Shown: positions 35,913 to 45,032 of the stretch, in pieces
Layout of the letters: each line of letters opens with the position of its first letter
Numbering within the stretch: the first letter of the stretch is position 1
Source: a virus
Direction: 5' to 3' (one strand)
DNA length: 64,000 bases
Virus record (IMG/VR): IMGVR_UViG_3300045988_175028
Notes under the pieces: model-generated
Seen by the model: the letters and a program-made list of their open reading frames with translations, nothing else
Databases searched by the model: none
Told to the model about the DNA's origin: nothing
Program-made: the position numbers and the translations under genes

Positions 35913-36164
35913 ATGGCGAATAAGGAAATAAAAACCAGGATTCAGAACAAAAATGATACCTCTGAAAACTGGGCAAAAGCGGTAAATTTCGTCCCTCTAA
36001 AGGGAGAAATCATTATTTATAATGATACTTTACAATTTAAAATTGGGGATGGAACGACTTTACTTTCTCAGTTAGAATTTACAGATAAAGAATTTACTTC
36101 TGAAGAAATTAGTACCTTATATGGAAGTAGTAGCGTTGAACTATCTGAGGAAGTCACGCTATGA
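35913..36164 (+). CDS. small protein carrying only the Mtd-N-type fibre N-terminal module
   Basis: KNDTSENWAKAVNFVPLKGEIIIYNDTLQFKIGDGTT. Confidence 0.55.
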   Translation: MANKEIKTRIQNKNDTSENWAKAVNFVPLKGEIIIYNDTLQFKIGDGTTLLSQLEFTDKEFTSEEISTLYGSSSVELSEEVTL

Positions 36165-37317
36165 GTAAAGTTTTATGTGAAAAAAGTGATTTGGTTGCTA
36201 TTGTTGATTCAGTTAGAAATAAAACTGGAACTACTGATGGAATGAGAGTAAGTGAAATCCCTCAGAAGATTGAAGCGATAGAGACTGGGAGCAATATAAA
36301 TCTTCAAGAAAAAGCTCTTACTATTACCTCTAATGGTATCACCACTGTCACTCCGGACACCAGCTATGATGCGCTAAGCAAAGTGGATGTAACAGTAAGC
36401 GTGGTTGGCGACGGAGGTCCGCCGACAGGCCCTTATATAGAGTATACATCCCTCAACAGTTCTGGTAGAGTGTTTACTGCTAAATTTCGAGGAACCATTG
36501 TTCCAGAGTATGCATTCGCTTATTTGGCGGAATTGACATCAGTAGATATGCCAGACAATGTAATTGCAATTAGTGATAATGGTTTTTATCGCTGCCCAAA
36601 GCTCCAATTAACAAGTCTCCCACCCAGAATTACCTCACTCGGAGATTTTGCATTCTCTGATTGTTCAAAGCTAGCGTTAACAAGCCTCCCTTCTGGAATC
36701 ACCTCAATAGGAGACCAGGCATTTAGGGATTGCTTTAGTCTCGCATTGACAGGTCTTCCTTCTAGAATTACCTCAATCGGAGATTACACATTTAGGAATT
36801 GTTCAAAGATGGTACTAACAAGTCTCCCTTCTGGGATTACTTCAATCGGAGATTTTGCGTTTCTAAATTGTTACCAACTATCATTGACGGTCCTACCCTC
36901 TGGAATTACCTCGATCGGACAGTATGCATTCAACAACTGCCCAAAGCTCGCATTGACGACCCTGCCCTCTGGGATTACTTCATTGCCAACAGCCGCATTT
37001 CAGTACTGCCCAAAGCTCGCATTGACGACCTTCCCGTCTGGAATGACCTCGATTGGAGCTTATGCATTTAGGCAGGGTACAGGTCTCGCATCAATAACCC
37101 TTCCCCCGCACTCACTACAATCGGAGATTTTGCATTTGCCAATTGTACTGGGTTAGAAACGGTTAGATTTACGAGCACGGTATCCTCAATCCCAAATGGA
37201 GTATTTTCCGGATGCCCAAAACTGTCTACCATTTATGTTCCGTGGTCGCAGGGGCAAGTAGCAAATGCTCCTTGGGGTGCGAGCAATGCCACCATTATTT
37301 ACGATTATACTGATTGA
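36161..37317 (+). CDS. BspA-type leucine-rich-repeat receptor-binding protein (needs a frame change at the C5 run, 37103-37107)
   Basis: Repeats LTSLPSGITSIGDxAFxxC. The ORF stops at 37156, but the repeat and the C-terminus continue in the -1 frame to 37317. Confidence 0.6.
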
Positions 37318-37423
37318 GAGCAACACCCAGATACTGAGTAATTCATTACCAAATAAAGTTAAAAAATTCTTCGAACAATAAAAAATGATTATTTTAGTAT
37401 TTTATAAATAGGAGAGAAGAAAA

Positions 37424-37591
37424 ATGAAAATTTTAGGAGAGAACTCTCTCAAAACTCTTATCTCTTTAATTAGAGGAGAAGTAGCCCTAAAACAAGACAA
37501 AATTATGTCAACCGTAACCTCCGTCCCTACAACAAAACAAACCCCCATTATCTATAATAGTAGTGATGGAAAATACTACTTATGGAGGTAA
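37424..37591 (+). CDS. small hypothetical protein (55 aa)
   Basis: RBS GGAGAGAAG. Sequence MKILGENSLKTLISLIRGEVALKQDK. Confidence 0.4.
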   Translation: MKILGENSLKTLISLIRGEVALKQDKIMSTVTSVPTTKQTPIIYNSSDGKYYLWR

Positions 37592-37595
37592 GATA

Positions 37596-38516
37596 ATGGC
37601 ATATGAGGAAATTTTGACAGTGAATAGTTCTATTCAATCAAAGCGAACTACGAAAGTAATAGCTAATAGTAGTACAGAAACCCTAAAAGATGGAGAACTT
37701 CTAATTGTTAGAGATGGAAACAATCCTCCTAATTTACGCGCGGGAGATGGCACTACTCAAATCAAGAACCTGAAAGATATGGTTCCAGGAGTAGCTTCTA
37801 CTTCAACTCCAGGTCTTATGAGCGCTTCGGACAAAACGAAGTTAGACGGAATTGCCACTGGGGCAAATAAAACAATAGTAGACGGCGAGCTGTCTGCTTC
37901 ATCAACTAATCCCGTTCAAAATAAAGTTATAAATGCTGAATTAGGAAAGAAGTTATCTCTCTCCGGTGGGACTATGACAGGTGCACTGACTACAAAGGGT
38001 ATCAAGCTCACTTCGGGGACAGATTATGGTGCTACTTTACCCAGTAGCCCAGTAACCAACCAATTATTCTTTCAGACAGCCGAAACTAATTTTGTCTTGG
38101 ATAATGTCTATCCAATCGGTTCTATTTATATGAATGTAAATAGTACAAATCCTGGGACGCTCTTTGGAGGAACTTGGGAGCAGATTCAAGGCAAATTCTT
38201 ACTTGGAATGAGTAGTAGCTATCCTGCGGGGAGCCAAGGCGGCGAAGCCAGTCATACCCTGACGACAGAGGAGATGCCCAGCCATGGACACAACCCGGCT
38301 AACCAGTCAGGATATTTTGGCTTTATTACCAATAGTAAGAAGGCGTTCGAAGTGGGTGATATGGGCGTTCAGAGTGGTAGTGGAAGATATTATCCCTATT
38401 CCACAGTAGCGTTTGATATCAGCCGTAACTCTTTGACCGGTACTACTGGTGGAGGAAAATCCCACAACAATATGCCTCCTTATCTAAGTATATATATTTG
38501 GAAGAGAACTGCGTAA
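37596..38516 (+). CDS. tail fibre protein with tail-collar-type C-terminal domain
   Basis: N-terminal GELLIVRDGNNPPNLRAGDGTT. C-terminal GGEASHTLTTEEMPSHGHN (collar motif). Confidence 0.65.
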   Translation: MAYEEILTVNSSIQSKRTTKVIANSSTETLKDGELLIVRDGNNPPNLRAGDGTTQIKNLKDMVPGVASTSTPGLMSASDKTKLDGIATGANKTIVDGELSASSTNPVQNKVINAELGKKLSLSGGTMTGALTTKGIKLTSGTDYGATLPSSPVTNQLFFQTAETNFVLDNVYPIGSIYMNVNSTNPGTLFGGTWEQIQGKFLLGMSSSYPAGSQGGEASHTLTTEEMPSHGHNPANQSGYFGFITNSKKAFEVGDMGVQSGSGRYYPYSTVAFDISRNSLTGTTGGGKSHNNMPPYLSIYIWKRTA

Positions 38517-38527
38517 GGGGTGAGTAA

Positions 38528-39304
38528 ATGGCTTATTTTGATGGTCCAAAATCCTCAAAAAATTGGTATGCAAGGCTTGAATATTCATATAGTCAATCAG
38601 CCTCAGCTACTACAATTACTTTGACCCTAAAAGTATATGATGCAACAGGATACTCTTACAATGGAGATACAAATAGCGCTTATTACGTTATTCAAGGAGA
38701 AAAAGTTTATCAAGCATATAATTTTGGCTCAGCTGGTTGGTACACCATTGGAAGTAAAACTGTAAAAGTAACCGATACTTCTGCTACTTCTCTTAGAGTA
38801 TCAGCTATGTGGTGTTCTAATAATGAGACTACTTATACCCCATACTCTCTTTCAGTATCAGGAACAATAACCTTCCCTCAAATTGCCCCACCTCCTCCAA
38901 GCGTAAATATTATATCTGTTCAGCCTATTCCAGAATTCATAGCTGGTTATGATGGAGACAGCTTTACGCTAACTTGTAATCCTTCAGGAGGAACTGGATA
39001 TACCTACAAATGGTATAAAGGAACTACAATTGTTGGAACCTCTAAGAGTTTGACAGGAACACTTTCCCATAGTGCTTATGACAATACCTATGCTTATTGT
39101 ATTGTTAATGACTCAACAGGTGGAAAAGCAACAACTAATAAGTGTGAATTTCGAGTAGGAACTTCGGCTAGTCAAACACAAGTTTCAACTAAGCATACCG
39201 AATTAGCTAGGATTTATAACGGAAGTAAGTTTTTATATGGGATTCCATTCATCTATAAAAGCGGATGGAAATATAGTGCTTGGAATGTAACAGCACAGAT
39301 ATAG
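38528..39304 (+). CDS. Ig-like-domain tail-associated protein
   Basis: FTLTCNPSGG..YKWYKG..YAYCIV, an Ig-like pattern. Confidence 0.5.
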   Translation: MAYFDGPKSSKNWYARLEYSYSQSASATTITLTLKVYDATGYSYNGDTNSAYYVIQGEKVYQAYNFGSAGWYTIGSKTVKVTDTSATSLRVSAMWCSNNETTYTPYSLSVSGTITFPQIAPPPPSVNIISVQPIPEFIAGYDGDSFTLTCNPSGGTGYTYKWYKGTTIVGTSKSLTGTLSHSAYDNTYAYCIVNDSTGGKATTNKCEFRVGTSASQTQVSTKHTELARIYNGSKFLYGIPFIYKSGWKYSAWNVTAQI

Positions 39305-39363
39305 CTATTGCAAATAATAAATCAAAATCGATAATTAACTTCAAATAAAAAGGAGGACTCAAA

Positions 39364-40218
39364 ATGTCTAAAAAAGTATTTCTAAGCCCCTCAAACCAGT
39401 ATGATAATCATTATGCCTATGGCAACACCACCGAGGCTGTTCAGTGTGGTAAGATTGCGGAGGCTTGTAAGGCGGCTCTAATCCGTAATGGTATTGACGT
39501 TATGCTAATGCACGATGAGTCAATGCAGGAGAAATGCCAGAAGTCTAATGCTTTTGGTGCCGACCTTCATGTGCCTATCCATACTAATGCCTTCAATGGC
39601 TCCGTAAGCGGAACTCGTATGTTCTACTACGCCGATGGTGGTGAGGGCCACAAAGCTTGTAAGGCTATTTTTGCTCAGCTCGCACCTGTGACACCTGGTA
39701 ATAGTGAAAGCATCCGCGCAGATGCTTCTCTTTATGAAGTAAGGGTTCCTTCTGCTCCTACTGCCTATTGTGAGTGTGAGTTCCATGATAATGCGAATAC
39801 GGCAAAGTGGATTGTTGAGAACACAACTTTGATTGGTGAGACGATTGCTCATGGCATTTGTGATTACTTTGGGATTAGTTTTAATGATGGTAAGGCTCCT
39901 GAAGTGGTACCTACTCCCGCTCCTTCTAAGAAGTCAATTGACGAATTGGCCAGAGAGGTAATTCGTGGAGACTGGGGTAATGGTTCCGACCGTCGCGTCC
40001 GTTTAGAGCGCGCTGGTTACGATTATGATGCCGTACAGAATCGCGTAAATGAAATTTTAGAGGGCGTGCCTTCTACTCCTAAGAAGTCAATTGACGAATT
40101 GGCCAGAGAGGTAATTCGTGGAGACTGGGGTAATGGTTCTGCTCGTCGTAAGGCTCTTGAAAATGCTGGATATGATTATGATGCTGTTCAGGACCGTGTA
40201 AATGAAATTCTAGAATAA
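39364..40218 (+). CDS. endolysin: N-acetylmuramoyl-L-alanine amidase plus two CW_7 (Cpl-7-like) repeats
   Basis: LSPSNQ..GADLHVPIHTNAFNG, then twice KKSIDELAREVIRGDWGNGS.RR..LE.AGYDYDAVQ.RVNEILE. Confidence 0.8.
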   Translation: MSKKVFLSPSNQYDNHYAYGNTTEAVQCGKIAEACKAALIRNGIDVMLMHDESMQEKCQKSNAFGADLHVPIHTNAFNGSVSGTRMFYYADGGEGHKACKAIFAQLAPVTPGNSESIRADASLYEVRVPSAPTAYCECEFHDNANTAKWIVENTTLIGETIAHGICDYFGISFNDGKAPEVVPTPAPSKKSIDELAREVIRGDWGNGSDRRVRLERAGYDYDAVQNRVNEILEGVPSTPKKSIDELAREVIRGDWGNGSARRKALENAGYDYDAVQDRVNEILE

Positions 40219-40224
40219 AATCTT

Positions 40225-40257
40225 CTCCCCAGGTTCAAAACCTGGGGAGTTTTTTAT
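40225..40257 (+). terminator. intrinsic terminator
   Basis: CTCCCCAGG..CCTGGGGAG hairpin followed by a T-run. Confidence 0.7.
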
Positions 40258-40285
40258 TTGAAATTTTTTAAATTTTTGATATAAT
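40258..40285 (+). promoter_or_regulatory. class-1 promoter copy 9
   Basis: TTGAAA-N16-TATAAT plus ATATATAGAAAATGAGAAAGGAG. Confidence 0.65.
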
Positions 40286-40315
40286 ATATATAGAAAATGA
40301 GAAAGGAGACTTATA

Positions 40316-40486
40316 ATGATTTGTGATGATTGCCTGCTGAGGGATTGTTGCTACTGGAGTAGCAAAGTTGATTTCATCGGTTGTGAGATGAAGCGAATCA
40401 GTAATGTCGATACCTGTGTAGCTTGCGGGGCTCCTGTTCCAGAAGGAACCCAAGCTTGTAAGGAGTGTGGAGGGCACAATGAGTAA
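40316..40486 (+). CDS. small Cys-rich zinc-ribbon-like protein (56 aa)
   Basis: Sits behind the leader. Contains CDDC..C..C.ACG..CKEC. Confidence 0.4.
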   Translation: MICDDCLLRDCCYWSSKVDFIGCEMKRISNVDTCVACGAPVPEGTQACKECGGHNE

Positions 40487-40898
40487 GCAAAAAATAACGA
40501 GTCCCTTTTATGGACTTTTTCGAGGTTGCCTTCGATTCAAAATTAGAGACATAAAGTACATTCCTTCTCGTCTCCATTATTTCTTCAAATATGGTTTTTC
40601 TCAAACCGCGCGGTGGTCATTCGATAGTTATTTTATTGAAATGATGAAACAGATTTTAGTAGAATTTAGAGACAATAGTTGGGGTTATCCTATTCTCAAT
40701 GCAGACCTAACTAATGAAGAAAACCAGCGAGAATGGCGCCGAATTCTCAATCGAATGTTAATGCTTCTCAATTTTATGGATGAAGATGATAAGATGTATG
40801 ATAACATAAGTTTTGAGGAACAGCGCGCGATGATGGATAACGCGAAAGAAGAATTTTTCGATTTATTCTGTAGAAACTTTTATCACTTTTGGGACTAA
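40479..40898 (+). CDS. hypothetical protein
   Basis: ATG at 40479 overlaps the upstream stop. RBS GTGGAGGG. Confidence 0.5.
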   Translation: MSKQKITSPFYGLFRGCLRFKIRDIKYIPSRLHYFFKYGFSQTARWSFDSYFIEMMKQILVEFRDNSWGYPILNADLTNEENQREWRRILNRMLMLLNFMDEDDKMYDNISFEEQRAMMDNAKEEFFDLFCRNFYHFWD

Positions 40899-40910
40899 GG
40901 AGAATGGGAA

Positions 40911-41120
40911 ATGAGTGAAATAACTTTTGATAAGACCGAGTACGAATCCGAAAAAGAAATGTGGGAGGACATTACCTCTCTAATAAAAATTCTGACGCGC
41001 GCGGGGTATGTAATGAAGTTTTGGTGTGATGAAAAGACTCTTGGTATTTATTGCTTGGAATTTGACTATGCCGATCCCGTGCTAGCGAAGAAAGAGCTTG
41101 TATGGGAGGATAATGAGTAA
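40911..41120 (+). CDS. hypothetical protein
   Basis: ORF with an RBS. Confidence 0.5.
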   Translation: MSEITFDKTEYESEKEMWEDITSLIKILTRAGYVMKFWCDEKTLGIYCLEFDYADPVLAKKELVWEDNE

Positions 41121-41356
41121 TGGCTAAGGTATATAAGTTGACCTTTTATGCTGTGGACCCTCATGACTACTATGATAATGCTTTTCATTTGTTCTCCCAA
41201 ATGACTGGTAGAGAAAATCGGAGCGGAGTTTTCTTTAAGGCAAAAGAAAGTGAGCTTATGACTTCGGAAGAGTTTCAATGGAAGAATTCCTGTCCACTAA
41301 ACTATTCTGATGCTTCTCAGGAAGATTTTGAACAGTATTTTCAAAAGAGAACTTGA
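41120..41356 (+). CDS. hypothetical protein
   Basis: TAATG coupling to the upstream gene. Confidence 0.5.
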   Translation: MAKVYKLTFYAVDPHDYYDNAFHLFSQMTGRENRSGVFFKAKESELMTSEEFQWKNSCPLNYSDASQEDFEQYFQKRT

Positions 41357-41381
41357 AAATTTTCTAAATATAGGATATAAT
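41353..41381 (+). promoter_or_regulatory. class-1 promoter copy 10
   Basis: TTGAAA-N17-TATAAT plus ATATATAGAAAATGAGAAAGGGG. Confidence 0.65.
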
Positions 41382-41412
41382 ATATATAGAAAATGAGAAA
41401 GGGGATTTAAGT

Positions 41413-41637
41413 ATGAAAGAGGTATTTGTGCTTCGATATAAAGGTCTGAATGTAGTCGAGGTTTTTGAAAGTCACGATGATGCAGTAGATGCTGGAGTAG
41501 AACACATAGCTGAGCTGGGAGCGTGTGATGGTTGGTCGGGAGACGAAATCAATGATGAGATTTCTACATTTATTAGATATAAAGTTTGTGAAGTAGTAGA
41601 GCTTTATTGTTGTGGGGTAAAGGAGGCTTGTCAATAA
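41413..41637 (+). CDS. hypothetical protein
   Basis: Sits behind the leader. Confidence 0.5.
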   Translation: MKEVFVLRYKGLNVVEVFESHDDAVDAGVEHIAELGACDGWSGDEINDEISTFIRYKVCEVVELYCCGVKEACQ

Positions 41638-41921
41638 TGTCTTATACTCGTTCTAAATATAGCAAAGAGCTAACTCAGCGCTGGACCACAGAAGCAATGA
41701 TTGTGTTGGCGGAAGCACAGAGAGATATGACAAGCAAAGAAATCCAACAAGGAAATTTGGATTTAGTTGAAGTTACTCCTCAAAAGATGGCTCGAATTTT
41801 GAACGAGCTAGTTGATAAGGGTCTTGTGGTGAAGAGCAAGGGCAAGTCGGGCCTTATGCATTATAAGGCAATGGGAACAATTCTCAAAGAGGGCTACGTA
41901 CCTGCTGAGATGGTTTATTAA
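41637..41921 (+). CDS. winged-helix DNA-binding protein
   Basis: TAATG coupling. Sequence TPQKMARILNELVDKGLVVKSKGKSG. Confidence 0.5.
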   Translation: MSYTRSKYSKELTQRWTTEAMIVLAEAQRDMTSKEIQQGNLDLVEVTPQKMARILNELVDKGLVVKSKGKSGLMHYKAMGTILKEGYVPAEMVY

Positions 41922-41937
41922 GAAAGGAGAAAATTAT

Positions 41938-42162
41938 ATGGTTCGTTATAAGGTAGTCTATTGGGATGATGATGAAAAAAAGGAGCGTACTTATAAAGGT
42001 TGGGCGAATGGTTCAACTTTCGCAGAGGGCGCGCAGGTTGTTGAGAAGTATTATGGTAATGACATTCTGAATATGACTATCGCGCTCTATGAAAATTATG
42101 AGGATGAATTGATTGAGGACGGGTATTTTAAGGGCTATGGTTGTGACCAGGAGGATATTTGA
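41938..42162 (+). CDS. hypothetical protein
   Basis: ORF with an RBS. Confidence 0.5.
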   Translation: MVRYKVVYWDDDEKKERTYKGWANGSTFAEGAQVVEKYYGNDILNMTIALYENYEDELIEDGYFKGYGCDQEDI

Positions 42163-42374
42163 TGACTCTTCAAGAATTTTTCAATACTGACTATTTCAAG
42201 GGTATTGTATTTGAGGCTGCTTGCTATTGTGCTCTTGAGCGGGGCGGAGTAGATAATTGGAGCTGGTATGGCCAGAGTTATGAAGATTATTGTAATGACC
42301 TTGGTGTCGATTCTATTGATGAAATGGTTGACAAGGAAATTCGATTTTTGAGGAGAAAATATACGAATGACTAA
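42162..42374 (+). CDS. hypothetical protein
   Basis: ATG overlaps the upstream stop. Confidence 0.5.
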   Translation: MTLQEFFNTDYFKGIVFEAACYCALERGGVDNWSWYGQSYEDYCNDLGVDSIDEMVDKEIRFLRRKYTND

Positions 42375-42579
42375 GCAAGAAGTTATTGTTGGTGTTTTGG
42401 AAAGACTTAGTTGCCAGACAGCGGAACGAATCGCTGGAATGGCGATGCAGATGTATCAATTCAAAATGACTCCAGCTCAGGTCTCAGGTACAATGCGTGC
42501 AATGGTCGCAAGAGGTCAGGCAGGCTCCTCAAAGAATGAGCATGAGAAAACAGTTTATTGGTTGAATAAGGAGAAGTAA
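42367..42579 (+). CDS. winged-helix-like protein
   Basis: Overlapping start. Sequence AQVSGTMRAMVARGQA. Confidence 0.45.
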   Translation: MTKQEVIVGVLERLSCQTAERIAGMAMQMYQFKMTPAQVSGTMRAMVARGQAGSSKNEHEKTVYWLNKEK

Positions 42580-42584
42580 GATAG

Positions 42585-42833
42585 ATGAATACTAAGCTGA
42601 TTTGTGATACTTTGGAATATTGTGCGAATAGAAATGAGTGTCAGTTTTGTCCTTGCGGTGGGTCATTGGAGGAGTGTAATACTATTCTGCTTGAGGGAGC
42701 CCGACAGCTACGCACTTTGCAGGCAACCATTAAAAGTCTTCTAAAGGCGACTGAACATCACCGGCAAATGAATGGAGTTCTTCTAAAGACGGTAGATGAA
42801 CTCACAGAGGCAAGTGCATTTGGAGAGGTCTAA
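42585..42833 (+). CDS. hypothetical Cys-containing protein
   Basis: ORF with an RBS. Confidence 0.5.
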   Translation: MNTKLICDTLEYCANRNECQFCPCGGSLEECNTILLEGARQLRTLQATIKSLLKATEHHRQMNGVLLKTVDELTEASAFGEV

Positions 42834-42834
42834 G

Positions 42835-43011
42835 ATGGAAGAAATTGGAAGAGACCTTTTGAGATATGGGCGTCTGGTAATTTCCAAGGAACTTTTTGAT
42901 AATGATGGAACGCCTATTAGAGTTAGAATTTTTTACCATAGCGACCAGTATTGGTATACCGAGATGAAGAATGGAAAGTTTATCGAGATTTATGGACTAA
43001 AAAATATTTGA
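42835..43011 (+). CDS. hypothetical protein
   Basis: ATG at 42835, just after the upstream stop. Confidence 0.45.
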   Translation: MEEIGRDLLRYGRLVISKELFDNDGTPIRVRIFYHSDQYWYTEMKNGKFIEIYGLKNI

Positions 43012-43025
43012 AAGGATTCGAAGAT

Positions 43026-43415
43026 ATGAAGAAGATTGTTAGTATGGTCCTGACACTTATGATGATTGTAGTAATGGTAGGTTGCGGGTCAAAGGAAATT
43101 ACCGAAGTCGCTCCGCCTATTGAGACAGATACTACCGCTGTAATGGTACAGAAGTGCGACGAGCTTCTAGAAGAGACTTATGGAAATCGAGTTCTAACTG
43201 AGATTGCTGATGGTAGATATCAAGTAGTAATTCTCGAACCTGGACTAACCACTGAAACAATTTATCTTATTGGACTAGATGAGGGGTATAACGATTTGAG
43301 TGTTGCTTGTAAAGAGGCCGTTGGTATGGATGCAGTAGTTGGAATTTGTGATGCTACTGGAACTTTGATTTATGTAAGTTTGAATGGCGTGGATGTGACG
43401 GGTAGTATTCAGTAG
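43026..43415 (+). CDS. lipoprotein
   Basis: Signal peptide plus lipobox: MKKIVSMVLTLMMIVVMVGC. Confidence 0.6.
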   Translation: MKKIVSMVLTLMMIVVMVGCGSKEITEVAPPIETDTTAVMVQKCDELLEETYGNRVLTEIADGRYQVVILEPGLTTETIYLIGLDEGYNDLSVACKEAVGMDAVVGICDATGTLIYVSLNGVDVTGSIQ

Positions 43416-43419
43416 AAAG

Positions 43420-43450
43420 AGGACAGGGCGTGAGTCCTGTCTTTTCTTTT
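43420..43450 (+). terminator. intrinsic terminator
   Basis: GGACAGG..CCTGTC hairpin followed by a T-run. Confidence 0.6.
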
Positions 43451-43520
43451 AGGACAAAAGGTACCAAATTATAGGACGTCGGACAGAATAAGTCTACTTA
43501 TAATTGGGAGGTGAGAAAAA

Positions 43521-43673
43521 ATGAAGATTAGATATGATAATATGATAAAGACCTATCTTGATGATAGGATGGATGATAAGCTTCGGGGTTATTGTAGAGA
43601 AAAGGGAATTACAATTAGTGATTTTTTGAGAGAGTTAATTGATAATTTTTTCAATCAGCAGGAGGATAATTGA
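43521..43673 (+). CDS. ribbon-helix-helix (CopG/MetJ-like) protein, 50 aa
   Basis: RBS GGGAGGTGA. Sequence IKTYLDDRMDDKLRGYCREKGITISDFLRELI. Confidence 0.5.
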   Translation: MKIRYDNMIKTYLDDRMDDKLRGYCREKGITISDFLRELIDNFFNQQEDN

Positions 43674-43846
43674 TGAAAACAATTCGCATATACAGCCGGC
43701 GTTTGGCAGAAAGAATAACAGAGAATGGTATTGAATTTATTCGTGTAGTTCCAGATGTCGCCCATCCAAAATTTGTGAATTGGATATTTGAAGATACACC
43801 AGAGCTTCGACAAGAAATGGAGAAGTACTCTAAGGAGCGGAGGTAA
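43673..43846 (+). CDS. small protein (57 aa, DUF5659-like pattern)
   Basis: ATGA overlap. Sequence IYSRRLAERITENGIEFIRVVPDVAHPKFVNWIFEDT. Confidence 0.4.
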   Translation: MKTIRIYSRRLAERITENGIEFIRVVPDVAHPKFVNWIFEDTPELRQEMEKYSKERR

Positions 43847-43851
43847 GTCGA

Positions 43852-44214
43852 ATGTCCAATCAAAATCAAAATGGGAAATTTTTCCCTAATCAAAAAAGAA
43901 TAACAACCCACAAAGAGTTTAGTAATGGAAAACTGGTCGGCGCGGGAGGCTCAATGATTGTGGCTTATTGGAGTGATGTCTGCGCGGTAGCTAAAAGGAC
44001 TGGAAATCCAGTATGTGCTATTCTTTGGGAGTACATTTTTAAGAATGAGAACGAATATATAGTAGGTTTAAGTCAAGAAGATTTCAAAAATATGACTGGA
44101 ATTGGAAAGACTGCCTATGATAAAGCTGTCAAAGCTCTTGTCGATTACGGATATTTAAAACTTAGAGAGGGGAGTAAGGTTCATTATGATTTTATCCCAT
44201 ATCCAAAAGACTGA
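43852..44214 (+). CDS. winged-helix protein (replication-initiator/DnaD-like candidate)
   Basis: GLSQEDFKNMTGIGKTAYDKAVKALVDYGYLKL. Followed by an AT-rich repeat region. Confidence 0.45.
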   Translation: MSNQNQNGKFFPNQKRITTHKEFSNGKLVGAGGSMIVAYWSDVCAVAKRTGNPVCAILWEYIFKNENEYIVGLSQEDFKNMTGIGKTAYDKAVKALVDYGYLKLREGSKVHYDFIPYPKD

Positions 44215-44239
44215 AGAGAGCGAAAGCTCTCTTTCTTTC

Positions 44240-44440
44240 GTTCCTTTTCTTTTTATATATTTCTTTTATTTATTTTTCTCATATTATTTTATTATTTTTT
44301 AGCGTCATAATTTATGATTTTTATGGTCGATTATAAAAATTATATTTTACTATTTTTATAAAAATAATAAAGTGTGATTTTTATAGTCAAAAAGTTAGTT
44401 TTTATTATTTTTAGACAGTTTTAGCGCGATGGACAAAACT
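44240..44440. repeat. AT-rich repeat region (origin-like)
   Basis: TGATTTTTATGGTC at 44314 and TGATTTTTATAGTC at 44375, multiple TATTTTTAT copies, GGACA x3. No ORF. Confidence 0.4.
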
Positions 44441-44635
44441 GGACAGGACAGGAAGTCAAAAAGTCAGAACCCTATATAGATATATATAAAGATATAAAAC
44501 CTTTGTCTCTTGAAGCCAAGAGACAAAGCTCACCGCCCTTAGAACCAAAATGGAAGATTGAAGATTTAGAAGAATGAAAGAGGAGTTCTTTCCTCTTTCT
44601 TTTTTACCTTCCTCCATTCCTCTGGAAAAATAAAT

Positions 44636-44664
44636 TTGAAATTTTCCTAAAAAAGCTATATAAT
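44636..44664 (+). promoter_or_regulatory. class-1 promoter copy 11
   Basis: TTGAAA-N17-TATAAT plus ATATATAGAAAATGAGAAAGGAA. Confidence 0.65.
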
Positions 44665-44696
44665 ATATATAGAAAATGAGAAAGGAATGAAGAAAA

Positions 44697-45020
44697 ATGC
44701 GGAATAATAATCATGTAAAGTTTGTTTCCTATACGGGTAATTATCCTAATTTGTGCCGTGGGGATCTCACTTTGAAAATTGACGGTGAGATTGTTACTTT
44801 TGGCTACGGGTTTGATTCTGATGACAAACCCAAGTACGACATCTTTTGGAGTAGCGGAGGATTTGTTTTTTTCGATGAACAGTTGAATGATGACATTGGT
44901 ACAGGTGAGTGGGAAATTGATGTAGATAGGCTTCCTGAGCAGTTCCGCAAGTATGCTGAGGAAATTGGTAAAGTATTTAACGAGAATGTGGAATATGGAT
45001 GCTGTGGTGGATGTATTTAA
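44697..45020 (+). CDS. hypothetical protein
   Basis: Sits behind the leader. C-terminus YGCCGGCI. Confidence 0.5.
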   Translation: MRNNNHVKFVSYTGNYPNLCRGDLTLKIDGEIVTFGYGFDSDDKPKYDIFWSSGGFVFFDEQLNDDIGTGEWEIDVDRLPEQFRKYAEEIGKVFNENVEYGCCGGCI

Positions 45021-45032
45021 AAGGAGTTAAAA

